Of a stretch of 27,844 nt of DNA, positions 14,424 through 23,276 are shown one piece after another. The DNA comes from a virus. Its lineage: Duplodnaviria; Heunggongvirae; Uroviricota; Caudoviricetes. The stretch lies in the IMG/VR virus record IMGVR_UViG_2802429052_000001, positions 1 through 27,844 of that record. One strand, 5' to 3'. The translations under genes and the position numbers were made by a program. The notes below the pieces were generated by a model, which saw nothing but the letters and a program-made list of their open reading frames with translations, did no database searches and was not told the DNA's origin. The stretch's first letter is position 1. Each line of letters begins with the position of its first letter.

Positions 14424-16185
14424 TAGCCCTTGGGCTGACGCTGATCTCGATGCACTCAAGCTCAGCCCCGAGGTTGCTTGGTATCTCGAATCGCGCGGCT
14501 ATGCGGTCCCTGACTGCCCTCCGCTGATCAAGACGCCGGAGCCACGCGAGGTTCCGGGGGCGCGGTTCGACCCTGAACGCGTCGACAAGGTTGTTGCGGC
14601 GTTTCGCCAGTTGCGTCACACCAAGGGCAGATTCGCTGGTCAGCGCTTCGATCCTGACGTGTGGCAGGTGGCGTACATGATCGCCCCGGTTGCTGGCTGG
14701 GTGCACAAGTCGCTGGACTCGGGCAACTGGGTGCGCATCATCACGATCGCGTACTTCGAGATGCCGCGTAAGAACGGCAAGAGCACCACGGCGTCCGGGT
14801 GGGGCATCTACCTGACGGCAGCTGATGGCGAGCAGGGCGCGCAGGTGGTAGCCGCGGCGACGACCAAGGATCAGGCCGGGTTCGTCTTCGAGCCAATCCG
14901 TCAGATCGTCAACAAGTCGCCAGGGCTGAAACGATACTTGCGGGCGCTCAAGCACCGGATCACGCACGCGGCCAGCGGAAGCTACTTTCAGCCGATCGCC
15001 AACGCGGGCGATGCGCAGCACGGCGCAGACATTCACGGCGCGATCGTCGATGAGTTGCACCTGCACAAGGACATGGCGCTGATCGAGGCGCTGGAGACCG
15101 GAACGGGCTCTCGTGAGCAGCCGCTCATCATCTACATCACGACCGCGGACGCTGGGCGCCGGCATACGCCGTACGACGAGAAGCGTCAGCTGATCGAGAA
15201 ACTGGCGCGCGGGGTGCTCAAGCGGCCAAGCACGTACGGAGTGGTGTTCGCCGCCGAGAAGCCCGAATACGACAAGGGCAAGCTGGTCAAGGGCGATGAC
15301 CCGTTCGCCGAATCGACCTGGCGCAAATCCAATCCCGGCTACGGGATCAGCCCGACGAAGCGGTCCATGGTCGAGGCCGCCGAGAAGGCGAAGGACTCCC
15401 CAGCCGAGCTGGCCCGGTTCTTGAGGCTACGTCTGGGCATTCGGACGAAGCAGGAAACCCGGTATCTGGACGTGGGCCACTGGGATATCAACGCCAGCAT
15501 CGTTGTTCCGGAGCGCCTAAAGGGGCGTGAGTGCTACGGCGGCTTGGACCTCGGATCGACGAGTGATCTGTGTGCGCTGGCATGGGTGTTCCCGAACGAT
15601 GACGGCACTTTCGATGCGCTACTTCGGCATTGGGCACCAGAGGACTCGATCGAGGATCTCGATGAGCGAACTGCGGAGAACGCGACGAACTGGGTCGCCC
15701 AACACTGGCTGACGACTACCCCGGGCAACGTGACTGACTACGACTTCATCGAGGCGCAGATCGCACGGGACCGTGACGAGTTCCTGGTGCAGGAGATCGC
15801 CTATGACCGGTGGAACGCACAACAGCTGATTAACAACCTGATCACCGACGGCGCCCCGATGCTCACCATGGGCCAGGGGTTCGCCTCGATGAGCGCGCCA
15901 ACCAAGGACTTACAGCGGTTGATCCGCATCGGGGCACGCACGGATGAGAACGGATTGCCGATCAAGCCGATGATCCGCCACGGCGGTAATCCGCTGTTGC
16001 GCTGGGAGATCGACAACTTCGCGGTTGCGATGGACCCGGCAGGAAATGTGAAGCCGGACAAGGCCAATGCTGGCGACAAGATCGACGGCGTGGTGGCGCT
16101 GATCATGGCGCTTTCCCGCGCGCTAGCCGCCAAGGAAACCGAGACGAGGAGTGCATATGAAGACAGCGACTTTGTCGCGCTGTGA
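14374..16185 (+). CDS. terL: Terminase large subunit
   Basis: Walker A MPRKNGKST, Walker B AIVDELH, nuclease GGLDLGSTSD and KIDGVVALIMA. Start could be GTG 14404. Confidence 0.96.
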   Translation: MASSRRTRSRVQPPTTDSPWADADLDALKLSPEVAWYLESRGYAVPDCPPLIKTPEPREVPGARFDPERVDKVVAAFRQLRHTKGRFAGQRFDPDVWQVAYMIAPVAGWVHKSLDSGNWVRIITIAYFEMPRKNGKSTTASGWGIYLTAADGEQGAQVVAAATTKDQAGFVFEPIRQIVNKSPGLKRYLRALKHRITHAASGSYFQPIANAGDAQHGADIHGAIVDELHLHKDMALIEALETGTGSREQPLIIYITTADAGRRHTPYDEKRQLIEKLARGVLKRPSTYGVVFAAEKPEYDKGKLVKGDDPFAESTWRKSNPGYGISPTKRSMVEAAEKAKDSPAELARFLRLRLGIRTKQETRYLDVGHWDINASIVVPERLKGRECYGGLDLGSTSDLCALAWVFPNDDGTFDALLRHWAPEDSIEDLDERTAENATNWVAQHWLTTTPGNVTDYDFIEAQIARDRDEFLVQEIAYDRWNAQQLINNLITDGAPMLTMGQGFASMSAPTKDLQRLIRIGARTDENGLPIKPMIRHGGNPLLRWEIDNFAVAMDPAGNVKPDKANAGDKIDGVVALIMALSRALAAKETETRSAYEDSDFVAL

Positions 16186-16194
16186 GGCTGACCG

Positions 16195-17559
16195 GTGGGC
16201 CTAGCCTCATGGCTCGGGTTCGCGCCCAAGCCTTCTCAGATTCCGAGCATGCCGTCGCGGCCGACATACGAGCTGATACCCGAAGGCATGAGCCTGGACG
16301 AGTACCTCACCAGCATCATGCATCAGCCGGTCGAGAAGCTATGGCGCGAGCAGCCTCACCTACGCACCCTCGTTGGATTCGTCTCGCGCAACATCGCACA
16401 GCTGGGCATCCACGTCTTCGAGCGTGATGCCGAGGACGGGCGCAACCGGGTCAGGGACAGTCCGCTCGCGAACCTGCTGCGCGACCCCAACGACGATATG
16501 ACTCAATTCGATCTGATCGAGGCCACCGTCGCGTCGAGGATGCTCTACGACGAAACGTATTGGTACGTGGGCCGCGACAATAACGCGCCGACCGGTTGGG
16601 TGATCCGGCACATTCCGACGACATGGGTCATCGGCACCATCGGGCAGACGGCATTCAACGTCGCCAAGTACAAGGTGGCGATCCCTGGGACATCTGGGCA
16701 GTGGACCGAGGTTGACGCCTCCGACATGATCGTGTTTCGCGGCTGGAACCCGGTTGACCCGAGGTCTGGTGTTTCTCCGGTGCACTCGCTCAAAGCGATT
16801 CTGGCCGAGCAGATTCACGGCCAGGTGTTCAGAGATCAGATGTGGAAGCGTGGCGGGAGGGTCGGCTCATATCTGACACGCCCCGCGACGGCGCCGAGCT
16901 GGAAGGATGCGGGCCCGGACGGCACTTCGCCCCGCAGTCGATTCATTGAGCAGTGGAAGAACTCGTATGCCGGGGATAGCGCGTCCAACGCGGGTGGGAC
17001 GCCGCTGCTCGAAGATGGCATGGAGTTGAAGGCAATCGCGTTCAACGCCAAGGAGAACCAGTGGGTTGAGGGCGTGAAGCTCTCGCTGGAGACTTGCGCC
17101 CAGGTGTACTTCGTCAACCCCACGATGGTGGGCATTCTCGACAATGCGAACTACGCGAATGTGCGCGAGTTCCGCAAGGCGCTGTACGGAGACAACCTCG
17201 GTCCCGAGATTGAGCGGACGGTGCAGCGCATCAACAAGAAGCTGGTGCCGAAGCTGGCCGACCCGCGAAACGTCTACTGCGAGTTCAACCTCCAAACGAA
17301 GCTGGCCGGGTCTTTCGAGGAACAAGGCGACATGTTGCAAAAGGCCATCGGTGGCCCGTACATGACGCGCAATGAGGGGCGCGCACGGCTGAACATGCCG
17401 CGCATCGACGGCGGCGACGAGCTGATCGTGCCGCTGAACGTCACCGCCAACGGTGACCAGAACCCGGTACCCGCAGGCAACGAGCCGACCGACCCGAACG
17501 AGGGAGATAAGAGCAATGGCCGCAACATCAACGGACGCGATTTGCATGTCCACTTCTGA
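16195..17559 (+). CDS. Portal protein (HK97 family)
   Basis: Follows terL; FRGWNP...GVSP, NAGGTPLLEDGM, MTRNEGRARLNMPRIDGGDEL. Confidence 0.95.
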   Translation: MGLASWLGFAPKPSQIPSMPSRPTYELIPEGMSLDEYLTSIMHQPVEKLWREQPHLRTLVGFVSRNIAQLGIHVFERDAEDGRNRVRDSPLANLLRDPNDDMTQFDLIEATVASRMLYDETYWYVGRDNNAPTGWVIRHIPTTWVIGTIGQTAFNVAKYKVAIPGTSGQWTEVDASDMIVFRGWNPVDPRSGVSPVHSLKAILAEQIHGQVFRDQMWKRGGRVGSYLTRPATAPSWKDAGPDGTSPRSRFIEQWKNSYAGDSASNAGGTPLLEDGMELKAIAFNAKENQWVEGVKLSLETCAQVYFVNPTMVGILDNANYANVREFRKALYGDNLGPEIERTVQRINKKLVPKLADPRNVYCEFNLQTKLAGSFEEQGDMLQKAIGGPYMTRNEGRARLNMPRIDGGDELIVPLNVTANGDQNPVPAGNEPTDPNEGDKSNGRNINGRDLHVHF

Positions 17560-18352
17560 CGACCTCGCCGCAAAGCTCGGACCGCACGCCGAGTCTGGCG
17601 CGAAGTCCGTGGTCGTGAAGTTCAAGACCGACGGGCTGGAAGATGGCGAGTTCATCGGCTACGCGAGCGTTTTCGGCAACAAGGACAGCTACGGCGACGT
17701 CGTGCTACCGGGTGCGTTCACGAACACACTGGCCGACTGGAAGGCCAAGGGCATTCCGATTCCGCTGCTGTGGGGCCACAACACCGCCGACCCTGACTTC
17801 AACCTCGGTGAGATCCTCGAGGCCACCGAGGACGACCGCGGGCTCAAGGTGCACGGCCGGTTGGACATGGAATCGCCGAAAGCCGCGCAGACCTATCGGC
17901 TACTCAAATCGGGCCGGGTCAATCAGATGTCATTCGCCTATCGCGTGGTCGATGGCGCGTACATCCAGCCCGAGGGTGAGGACAAGACCTGGCGAGATGC
18001 CTACTACGAGCTACGGGAACTCGAACTCTATGAGGTGTCAATCGTGCCGATCGGCGCCAACCAGGAGACCGAGATTCTGGCGGTTAAGGCGGCTACGAGC
18101 GCCATGGCGGCCAAGGCCGGGCGCGCGCTGTCGGCCAAGAACGGGGATGCGCTGCGCGGCGCGCTTGCTCAGGCCGAAGAGATCGTGGCCGCCCTCAAAA
18201 GTGTGCTGCCGGATGCGGATTCGGCAGACAAAGAAGACCAGGACCAGACCAGCGGCAAGGAACCGCCCGCCGATGAGCCGAAGGCTTCGTCGGATGTGGC
18301 CACGCCAGACCCGTCCGTCTACCTGGCGCTGTTAGCAATCAACGAAGCCTGA
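17516..18352 (+). CDS. Prohead protease (HK97 family)
   Basis: FIGYASVFG, LLWGH, QMSFAY, LYEVSIVPIGAN; ATG 17516 has a GGGAG RBS (alternative 17546). Confidence 0.93.
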   Translation: MAATSTDAICMSTSDDLAAKLGPHAESGAKSVVVKFKTDGLEDGEFIGYASVFGNKDSYGDVVLPGAFTNTLADWKAKGIPIPLLWGHNTADPDFNLGEILEATEDDRGLKVHGRLDMESPKAAQTYRLLKSGRVNQMSFAYRVVDGAYIQPEGEDKTWRDAYYELRELELYEVSIVPIGANQETEILAVKAATSAMAAKAGRALSAKNGDALRGALAQAEEIVAALKSVLPDADSADKEDQDQTSGKEPPADEPKASSDVATPDPSVYLALLAINEA

Positions 18353-18366
18353 AAGGGGCAAATGGG

Positions 18367-19608
18367 ATGAATCCCAAGGAAAAGCTCGCAGCGCTGATCA
18401 AGGCGGCGCGTGAGGTGGCTGAGAAGGCCAAGGGCGAGAACCGGGCACTGACCCCGGAAGAGCAGACCGACCTCGACGGCAAGATGGGCGAGATCAACCA
18501 GCTCAAGTCCGACATCGCCGCGGGCGAGAAGTCCGCCGCGACACTGGCCGCGCTCGATGCGATGGCCGGCGAGATCCCGGGCGATGTCCAGCCGGGCGGT
18601 GACGAGCGGGGCGCGAAGTCTCTCGGCGAGCACTTCGTCAAGCACGCGCACGCAGGCATGCTCGAAAAGAAGGGCCAGTCCAACGTCACCGTCGGTGCGC
18701 CCGAGTTCATTCCGTCGAAGGCGGCCACCGACAACCACGTGGTGGGTGGCTGGACAGACGGCGTGCCGTATCTGACAGATTTCGACCGGACCGTCGTGCA
18801 GGCACCGCGCGTTCGCCTCACGATCGACGATCTGTTGGCGCAGGGCCCGATCTCCGGCAACGCCATCAGCTACCTGGTGGAAGGTGCGCGCGAGGGCGGA
18901 TTCGCAACCGTGGCCGAGGGTGGAGCGAAGCCGCAGATGCACTTCGTGAACCCCACGCAGAAGACCGACGCGCTCAAGAAGATCGCCGGCTTCATCACGC
19001 TCACCGATGAGTTCCTGGAAGACGCCGATTTCCTGAAGACGGAAATCGACACCCGGCTGCTCTATGAGCTGGCCTACATCCAGGAGCAGCAGCTACTCAA
19101 CGGTGACGGCACTGGTCAGAACTTGCTCGGCGTGCTGAACCGCTCGGGTCTGCAGACCGAGGCATCGGGTGGGCCGTCCGACAACTTCGATGCGGTGTTC
19201 CGCGCCATGACGAAGGTCGAAACCAACGCGCAGCTGCCGGTGGACGGTCTGGTGATTCACCCGAACGACTACCAGCGTTTCCGGCTGACCAAGGACGGCA
19301 ACCAGCAGTACTACGGTGGCGGCCCGTTCGCCGGGCAGTACGCCAACGACGGCCTGGTGCTGCAGCCTCCGCTGTGGGCACAGAAGACCGTCGTCACACC
19401 GGCTATCGCTGAGGGCACCGTGGCGGTCGGTTCGTGGAAGCTGGCGGCGACGGCCTACCGCAAGGGCGGCGTCCGCGTCGAGTCGGCAACCCAGCACGCC
19501 TCGAACTTCACCAGCAACCTGGTGACGATCCGTGCCGAGGTGCGTCGCGCACTGGCGGTTCGCAAGCCGCTGGGCTTCTGCAAGGTCGCCCTGGACTGGA
19601 CCCCCTAG
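18367..19608 (+). CDS. Major capsid protein (HK97 fold, N-terminal scaffold/delta domain)
   Basis: Coiled-coil N-terminus, VAEGGAKP, LLNGDGTGQNLLGVLN, VIHPND, VTIRAEVR. Confidence 0.95.
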   Translation: MNPKEKLAALIKAAREVAEKAKGENRALTPEEQTDLDGKMGEINQLKSDIAAGEKSAATLAALDAMAGEIPGDVQPGGDERGAKSLGEHFVKHAHAGMLEKKGQSNVTVGAPEFIPSKAATDNHVVGGWTDGVPYLTDFDRTVVQAPRVRLTIDDLLAQGPISGNAISYLVEGAREGGFATVAEGGAKPQMHFVNPTQKTDALKKIAGFITLTDEFLEDADFLKTEIDTRLLYELAYIQEQQLLNGDGTGQNLLGVLNRSGLQTEASGGPSDNFDAVFRAMTKVETNAQLPVDGLVIHPNDYQRFRLTKDGNQQYYGGGPFAGQYANDGLVLQPPLWAQKTVVTPAIAEGTVAVGSWKLAATAYRKGGVRVESATQHASNFTSNLVTIRAEVRRALAVRKPLGFCKVALDWTP

Positions 19609-19622
19609 TCCGATTCTCTGAC

Positions 19623-19668
19623 AACCGTTGCGGCGCTGTGGATTACATTCCGCGGCGCCGCAACGGTT
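19623..19668 (+). terminator. 20-bp hairpin downstream of the capsid gene
   Basis: 19623-19642 pairs fully with 19649-19668 (two G-U pairs), loop TTACAT; no long U tract. Confidence 0.6.
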
Positions 19669-19704
19669 TCCCGAATCATCAATGATCATCCGAAGGAGAA
19701 AGTG

Positions 19705-19881
19705 ATGAAGGAATACACACTGACCACGCGGCACGGCGAGACGACCGTGCAGCTGTCCGACGAGGACGCCGAGGCGTACGGCGACGCGGTTACGCCCGTC
19801 GGGGCAAAGTCCAAGCGCGCGGCGGCGAACAAGGCGGCGACCCCGGAGAACAAGGCCGCCGTGCCCGAGCCGAGCGCGTAG
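19705..19881 (+). CDS. Small head-region protein, 58 aa (not in the ORF track)
   Basis: AAGGAG RBS; MKEYTLTTRHGETTVQLSDEDA...ANKAATPENKAA. Confidence 0.8.
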   Translation: MKEYTLTTRHGETTVQLSDEDAEAYGDAVTPVGAKSKRAAANKAATPENKAAVPEPSA

Positions 19882-19887
19882 GGTTTC

Positions 19888-20430
19888 ATGCCCGAACTCA
19901 CAGTCGACGATGTCGAGCAGTACACGCGAAAGCGGCTCGACAAGACGGACGCTGAGACTGGGCGGCTGCTGGCCGCGGGACTGTCCTATGTTCGGCAGTT
20001 CTGCGGCTGGCACGTCACTCCCGTCAAGACCGGGCACGAGGTCGAATTGGATGGGCCCGGCGGGCGTCTGCTGGCACTTCCGACGCTCAAGCTCATCGCG
20101 CTCACCGAGGTAACCGAAAACGGTCAGCCGGTGGACGTTTCGAGCCTGTACGTGTCCAAGCGCGGACTAGTCCGCAAGAAGAGCGGTGGTTTTTGGTCGC
20201 CGCATTACGGCGCGATCACCGTGACCATGGATCACGGTATCGAGGACGCGGGCCCATTCAATGCCGCGGTGCTCTCATTCATTGATCGCATGTCGAAAGC
20301 CCCAACCGGCGGCGATCCGATCGCGGTTGGGCCGTTCCGCTGGGCGGAAGAGAAAACCGTTTCAAGGTCGGCATTCTCTGCAACGGAGCTGTCGATCTTG
20401 GAGCAGTACCGCCTCGAGAGTCCGGCATGA
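19888..20430 (+). CDS. Head-to-tail adaptor
   Basis: Position after the capsid genes; RQFCGWHVTP, LDGPGGRLLALPT, LEQYRL. Confidence 0.8.
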   Translation: MPELTVDDVEQYTRKRLDKTDAETGRLLAAGLSYVRQFCGWHVTPVKTGHEVELDGPGGRLLALPTLKLIALTEVTENGQPVDVSSLYVSKRGLVRKKSGGFWSPHYGAITVTMDHGIEDAGPFNAAVLSFIDRMSKAPTGGDPIAVGPFRWAEEKTVSRSAFSATELSILEQYRLESPA

Positions 20431-20759
20431 GCGAGCAGGTTATCCGGCACCGCGGGGCCGGTCGTGACGAAAACGGAAAGCTCACCGCTGACGGCGCACC
20501 GGTGTCACTGACTGCGATCGGCGTTGCGCCGGGATCTGGTGACACATCGGCGGGGTCGAGCGGCGGCGCAGATCGAGCCGAGCGCGGTCGCACCGGTGAG
20601 GACACTCAGTGCGTCGTCTACTTCCTTCCCGGCACCGATCTGGTCAACAGCGATGAGCTGACGGTGCGCGGCAAGCGATACCGCAGAATCACCGTCAACG
20701 ACTGGAACGTGAACGGGCGCGGTGGCCTCGAGGTGCAGTGCGCCAGGGGGCAAGGCTGA
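20427..20759 (+). CDS. Head-to-tail stopper/closure protein
   Basis: Synteny; beta-rich, DELTVRGKRY. Confidence 0.7.
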   Translation: MSEQVIRHRGAGRDENGKLTADGAPVSLTAIGVAPGSGDTSAGSSGGADRAERGRTGEDTQCVVYFLPGTDLVNSDELTVRGKRYRRITVNDWNVNGRGGLEVQCARGQG

Positions 20760-21130
20760 TGGCATTCGTACTGGACCAAGAGGGCGGCGCCGAAGTCCTC
20801 AAGGTACTGGCGTCCGGCGCAATCAAGGATCTGGCGGATCAGATTGCCGATGCGATCGGCGAGGGCGCCGAGGTCAAGACGTACACCACCGACCGCGCCG
20901 CGGCCTCGGTGAGTGTGCCCGCCGAGATGCAGGCCAAGGATGGCGTGCTCACTCGTGCCGCCGCGGCGGCCGGGCTAGAGGTGCGGCCCAAACCCGCCGC
21001 AGAGACGCGCAGTTACGGCAAGGGACGCAAGGCGCGGCCGGAAGCCACACCCGCGGAAGCGAAGGCGTCCGGCGATGCAAATGAGGCGTGGGTGGCTGAG
21101 CGGCGGGCGCAAGGCAAGGCTGGCCGGTGA
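20759..21130 (+). CDS. Neck/tail completion protein with basic C-terminal extension
   Basis: ATG 20759 (TGATG overlap); TTDRAAASV...QAKDGVLTRAA. Confidence 0.65.
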   Translation: MAFVLDQEGGAEVLKVLASGAIKDLADQIADAIGEGAEVKTYTTDRAAASVSVPAEMQAKDGVLTRAAAAAGLEVRPKPAAETRSYGKGRKARPEATPAEAKASGDANEAWVAERRAQGKAGR

Positions 21131-21522
21131 CGCTACCCGCGGTGCGTGAGCCGGTCGACGTTGCGCGGCTGATCAAGGATTGGCTCAAGGCCGATCTTGC
21201 GGGGCGGTTCCCCGAGTTGTCGGTGCGCCTGGAACTTCCGGCCGACTGGACGCTTGACTCCGATCCGGTGCTGCTGGTCGCTGATGACGGCAGCACGTTG
21301 GACATGTGGCCGGCGGCCACGGACCCGACGATCCGGGTCACGTCATGGACTGCGGGCAGGGAGACCAAGTACGCGTACGCGGCGATGGCGCGGCTGTTGA
21401 CGGCGCGTGTTCCCGGTGTCGCCGCGATCCTGCCGGGTGCCGCGTTCCTGGAGGCGCGCGACAAGCGCACCGCCGGCGACCTCATCTCTTTCACCGTGCG
21501 TACCCGAGCACGCACCCGGTAA
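21127..21522 (+). CDS. Tail terminator protein
   Basis: Synteny, directly before the major tail gene. Confidence 0.7.
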   Translation: MTLPAVREPVDVARLIKDWLKADLAGRFPELSVRLELPADWTLDSDPVLLVADDGSTLDMWPAATDPTIRVTSWTAGRETKYAYAAMARLLTARVPGVAAILPGAAFLEARDKRTAGDLISFTVRTRARTR

Positions 21523-21543
21523 CTGCGCTGTAGCGCACCGATC

Positions 21544-21570
21544 AACCCCGCCTATCTGGCGGGGTTTTTT
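21544..21570 (+). terminator. Intrinsic terminator upstream of the major tail gene
   Basis: AACCCCGCC-TATCT-GGCGGGGTT-TTTT; perfect stem followed by six T. Confidence 0.8.
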
Positions 21571-21615
21571 GTTGGCCCGCAAGGGCTCTCACGCCCTTAA
21601 AGGAGGGAATCAACA

Positions 21616-22431
21616 ATGGTTGCAAAGATCAATCCCGATGCCACCGTCATCCCGGATAAGGCCGAGGTCTGGCTGATACTCAAGCAGGATGTCCCAGGCA
21701 ACAACATCGCCGCGAAGATCCCGACGAACGCCACCGACGACCCCGGGGCCAAGGACTGGGAGTTCTCCGGTCTGATCGACGACAAGAAGGGCATCCCACT
21801 CGACCCGTCCGGCGAGGTCAAGGAATACGACGCGTTCGGGCATCCGTCGTTTCGGATCAAGTTCCGCAAGGGCAAGCTCAAGAGCGGTTTCACCGCGCTG
21901 GAGTACAACTCCGTCACCCGCAAAGTAGTGCTGCCCGGCTCCACGCCGGACAAGTTGGGCATCCCCAAGGATGTTCAGATCTACGTGCTGTACCGGTACG
22001 TCGATGAGGACATCACCCGCGTGTGGGTGGCGCTGCGCCCGGCGCTGGCCGAACTCAAGAGCCACGGCGGCATTGTCGACGGCGAGCTGTCATTCGCAGA
22101 GATCACGGTGCACCACACCGCCGACGCGAATGGCGACGTGTTCAAGTACCTGGACAGCAGCACCGACGACGACGTCACCAAGACGTTCACTATCGGCGCG
22201 GGCGTGACCGCCTACACGGCAACGGTGGGTGATGACACCACGGCCTCCCTCACAGCGAAGACGGCGTACGCGCTGCAGTCCGCGATGCGGGACTTGGAAT
22301 CTGTGCAGGCACTCGACGCGCCCGGTGTGACCGTCGAAGGCCCCGACGGCGGCCCACTGGTGGCCACCTTTACCGGCCCGGTTCCCGCTGTGTCGGCAAC
22401 CGGCACCGGCGGCACCGTCACTGTCTCGTAG
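21616..22431 (+). CDS. Major tail (tube) protein with C-terminal accessory domain
   Basis: AAAGGAGG RBS; synteny before the chaperone genes; beta-rich extra domain after about residue 185. Confidence 0.88.
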   Translation: MVAKINPDATVIPDKAEVWLILKQDVPGNNIAAKIPTNATDDPGAKDWEFSGLIDDKKGIPLDPSGEVKEYDAFGHPSFRIKFRKGKLKSGFTALEYNSVTRKVVLPGSTPDKLGIPKDVQIYVLYRYVDEDITRVWVALRPALAELKSHGGIVDGELSFAEITVHHTADANGDVFKYLDSSTDDDVTKTFTIGAGVTAYTATVGDDTTASLTAKTAYALQSAMRDLESVQALDAPGVTVEGPDGGPLVATFTGPVPAVSATGTGGTVTVS

Positions 22432-22436
22432 GTCGA

Positions 22437-22527
22437 AAGCACCCGCCCCGGACGCGACCGACTCCCGTGTCCGGGGCGGGGCTTCACCCAAGCGAGTCGA
22501 TCCCCTTTCCCTGTAGCCAAGGAGTCG
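22437..22527 (+). promoter_or_regulatory. Hairpin with loop complementary to the downstream RBS
   Basis: Stem 22442-22456/22466-22480; loop CGACTCC (22459-22465) is the reverse complement of GGAGTCG (22521-22527). Confidence 0.6.
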
Positions 22528-22530
22528 AAC

Positions 22531-22860
22531 ATGACCGCACCACGTAAAAGCCCGCCGCGCAAGGCAGTTCCCGCCAATGCGCCCAAGCCGCAAGATCACA
22601 AGGCCAAGAAGTCGGCGGCGATTCGTCAAGCCGAAGCTGACGGATACGTCGACATCGAGCAGAACGGGATCACCTTGCGAATCCCATTCGGCGACGCCGT
22701 GCCCCTGGAGGCATACATGAAACTCAAGGACGGCGACGAACTGGGCGGCACCGAAATGCTTCTCGGATCTGAACAGTGGGCGGCGTTCCTCGCGACCAGC
22801 CCGACTGTGGGAGACTTCGCCGCGATCGGCGCCAAGCTGTTGGAGCTGTCGGGGGAATAA
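22531..22860 (+). CDS. Tail assembly chaperone (G-like)
   Basis: Between major tail and tape measure genes; ends in the slippery sequence GGGGGAA just before TAA. Confidence 0.88.
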   Translation: MTAPRKSPPRKAVPANAPKPQDHKAKKSAAIRQAEADGYVDIEQNGITLRIPFGDAVPLEAYMKLKDGDELGGTEMLLGSEQWAAFLATSPTVGDFAAIGAKLLELSGE

Positions 22861-23240
22861 TCGGCCTCTTATGCCTGCTCGACGAGCATGGCGACGAGAT
22901 AGAGGCCGACCTAGCCCAGTACTACAACGGACTTGACCTCACCGATTTGTACCGCGGCGCACTGTCTATCCGCCGTGTCGGCGTACTGGTGCGCCAACTG
23001 CCGCCGCATTCGCGCACGGTGGCGGCGGTCAACGACGGTCAACCCGGGTGGACGGTCACCGATCACCTGATCGCTGATGTGTGGGCGGCAATGGTCAAGT
23101 TGCTCGGCGACCCGAAGAAGGTTCCTGAAAACATCGACCATCCGACGCGCGCCGCGATGGTCGCCAAAGCTGTTGCCGCAGCGAAAGAAGCGCTCAAAGC
23201 CATGTTCCTGAGACGCAAGAGTGGCTATGCCAAGCATTGA
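22531..23240 (+). CDS. Tail assembly chaperone long form (GT-like) by -1 programmed frameshift
   Basis: GGGGGAA at 22851-22857; the -1 frame is open to TGA 23240 (IIGLLCLLDEHGDEIEADLAQYY...). Confidence 0.85.
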
Positions 23241-23276
23241 TCAATTCATGAATCCTGTTGTGGAGGTGAGACATAC

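Noticed and set aside
19602-19625. Minus-strand TGTCAG-N10-TA (TCTGACAAC, also at 1050-1058) as further PafBC sites
   Set aside because: The -10 is poor at 19602-19607 and absent at 1050; they would point antisense into genes; probably chance.
14203-20037. Long minus-strand ORFs (14203-15165, 16867-17655, 18319-18942, 19093-20037)
   Set aside because: Antisense shadows of terL, portal and capsid genes in high-GC DNA; no motifs or RBS.
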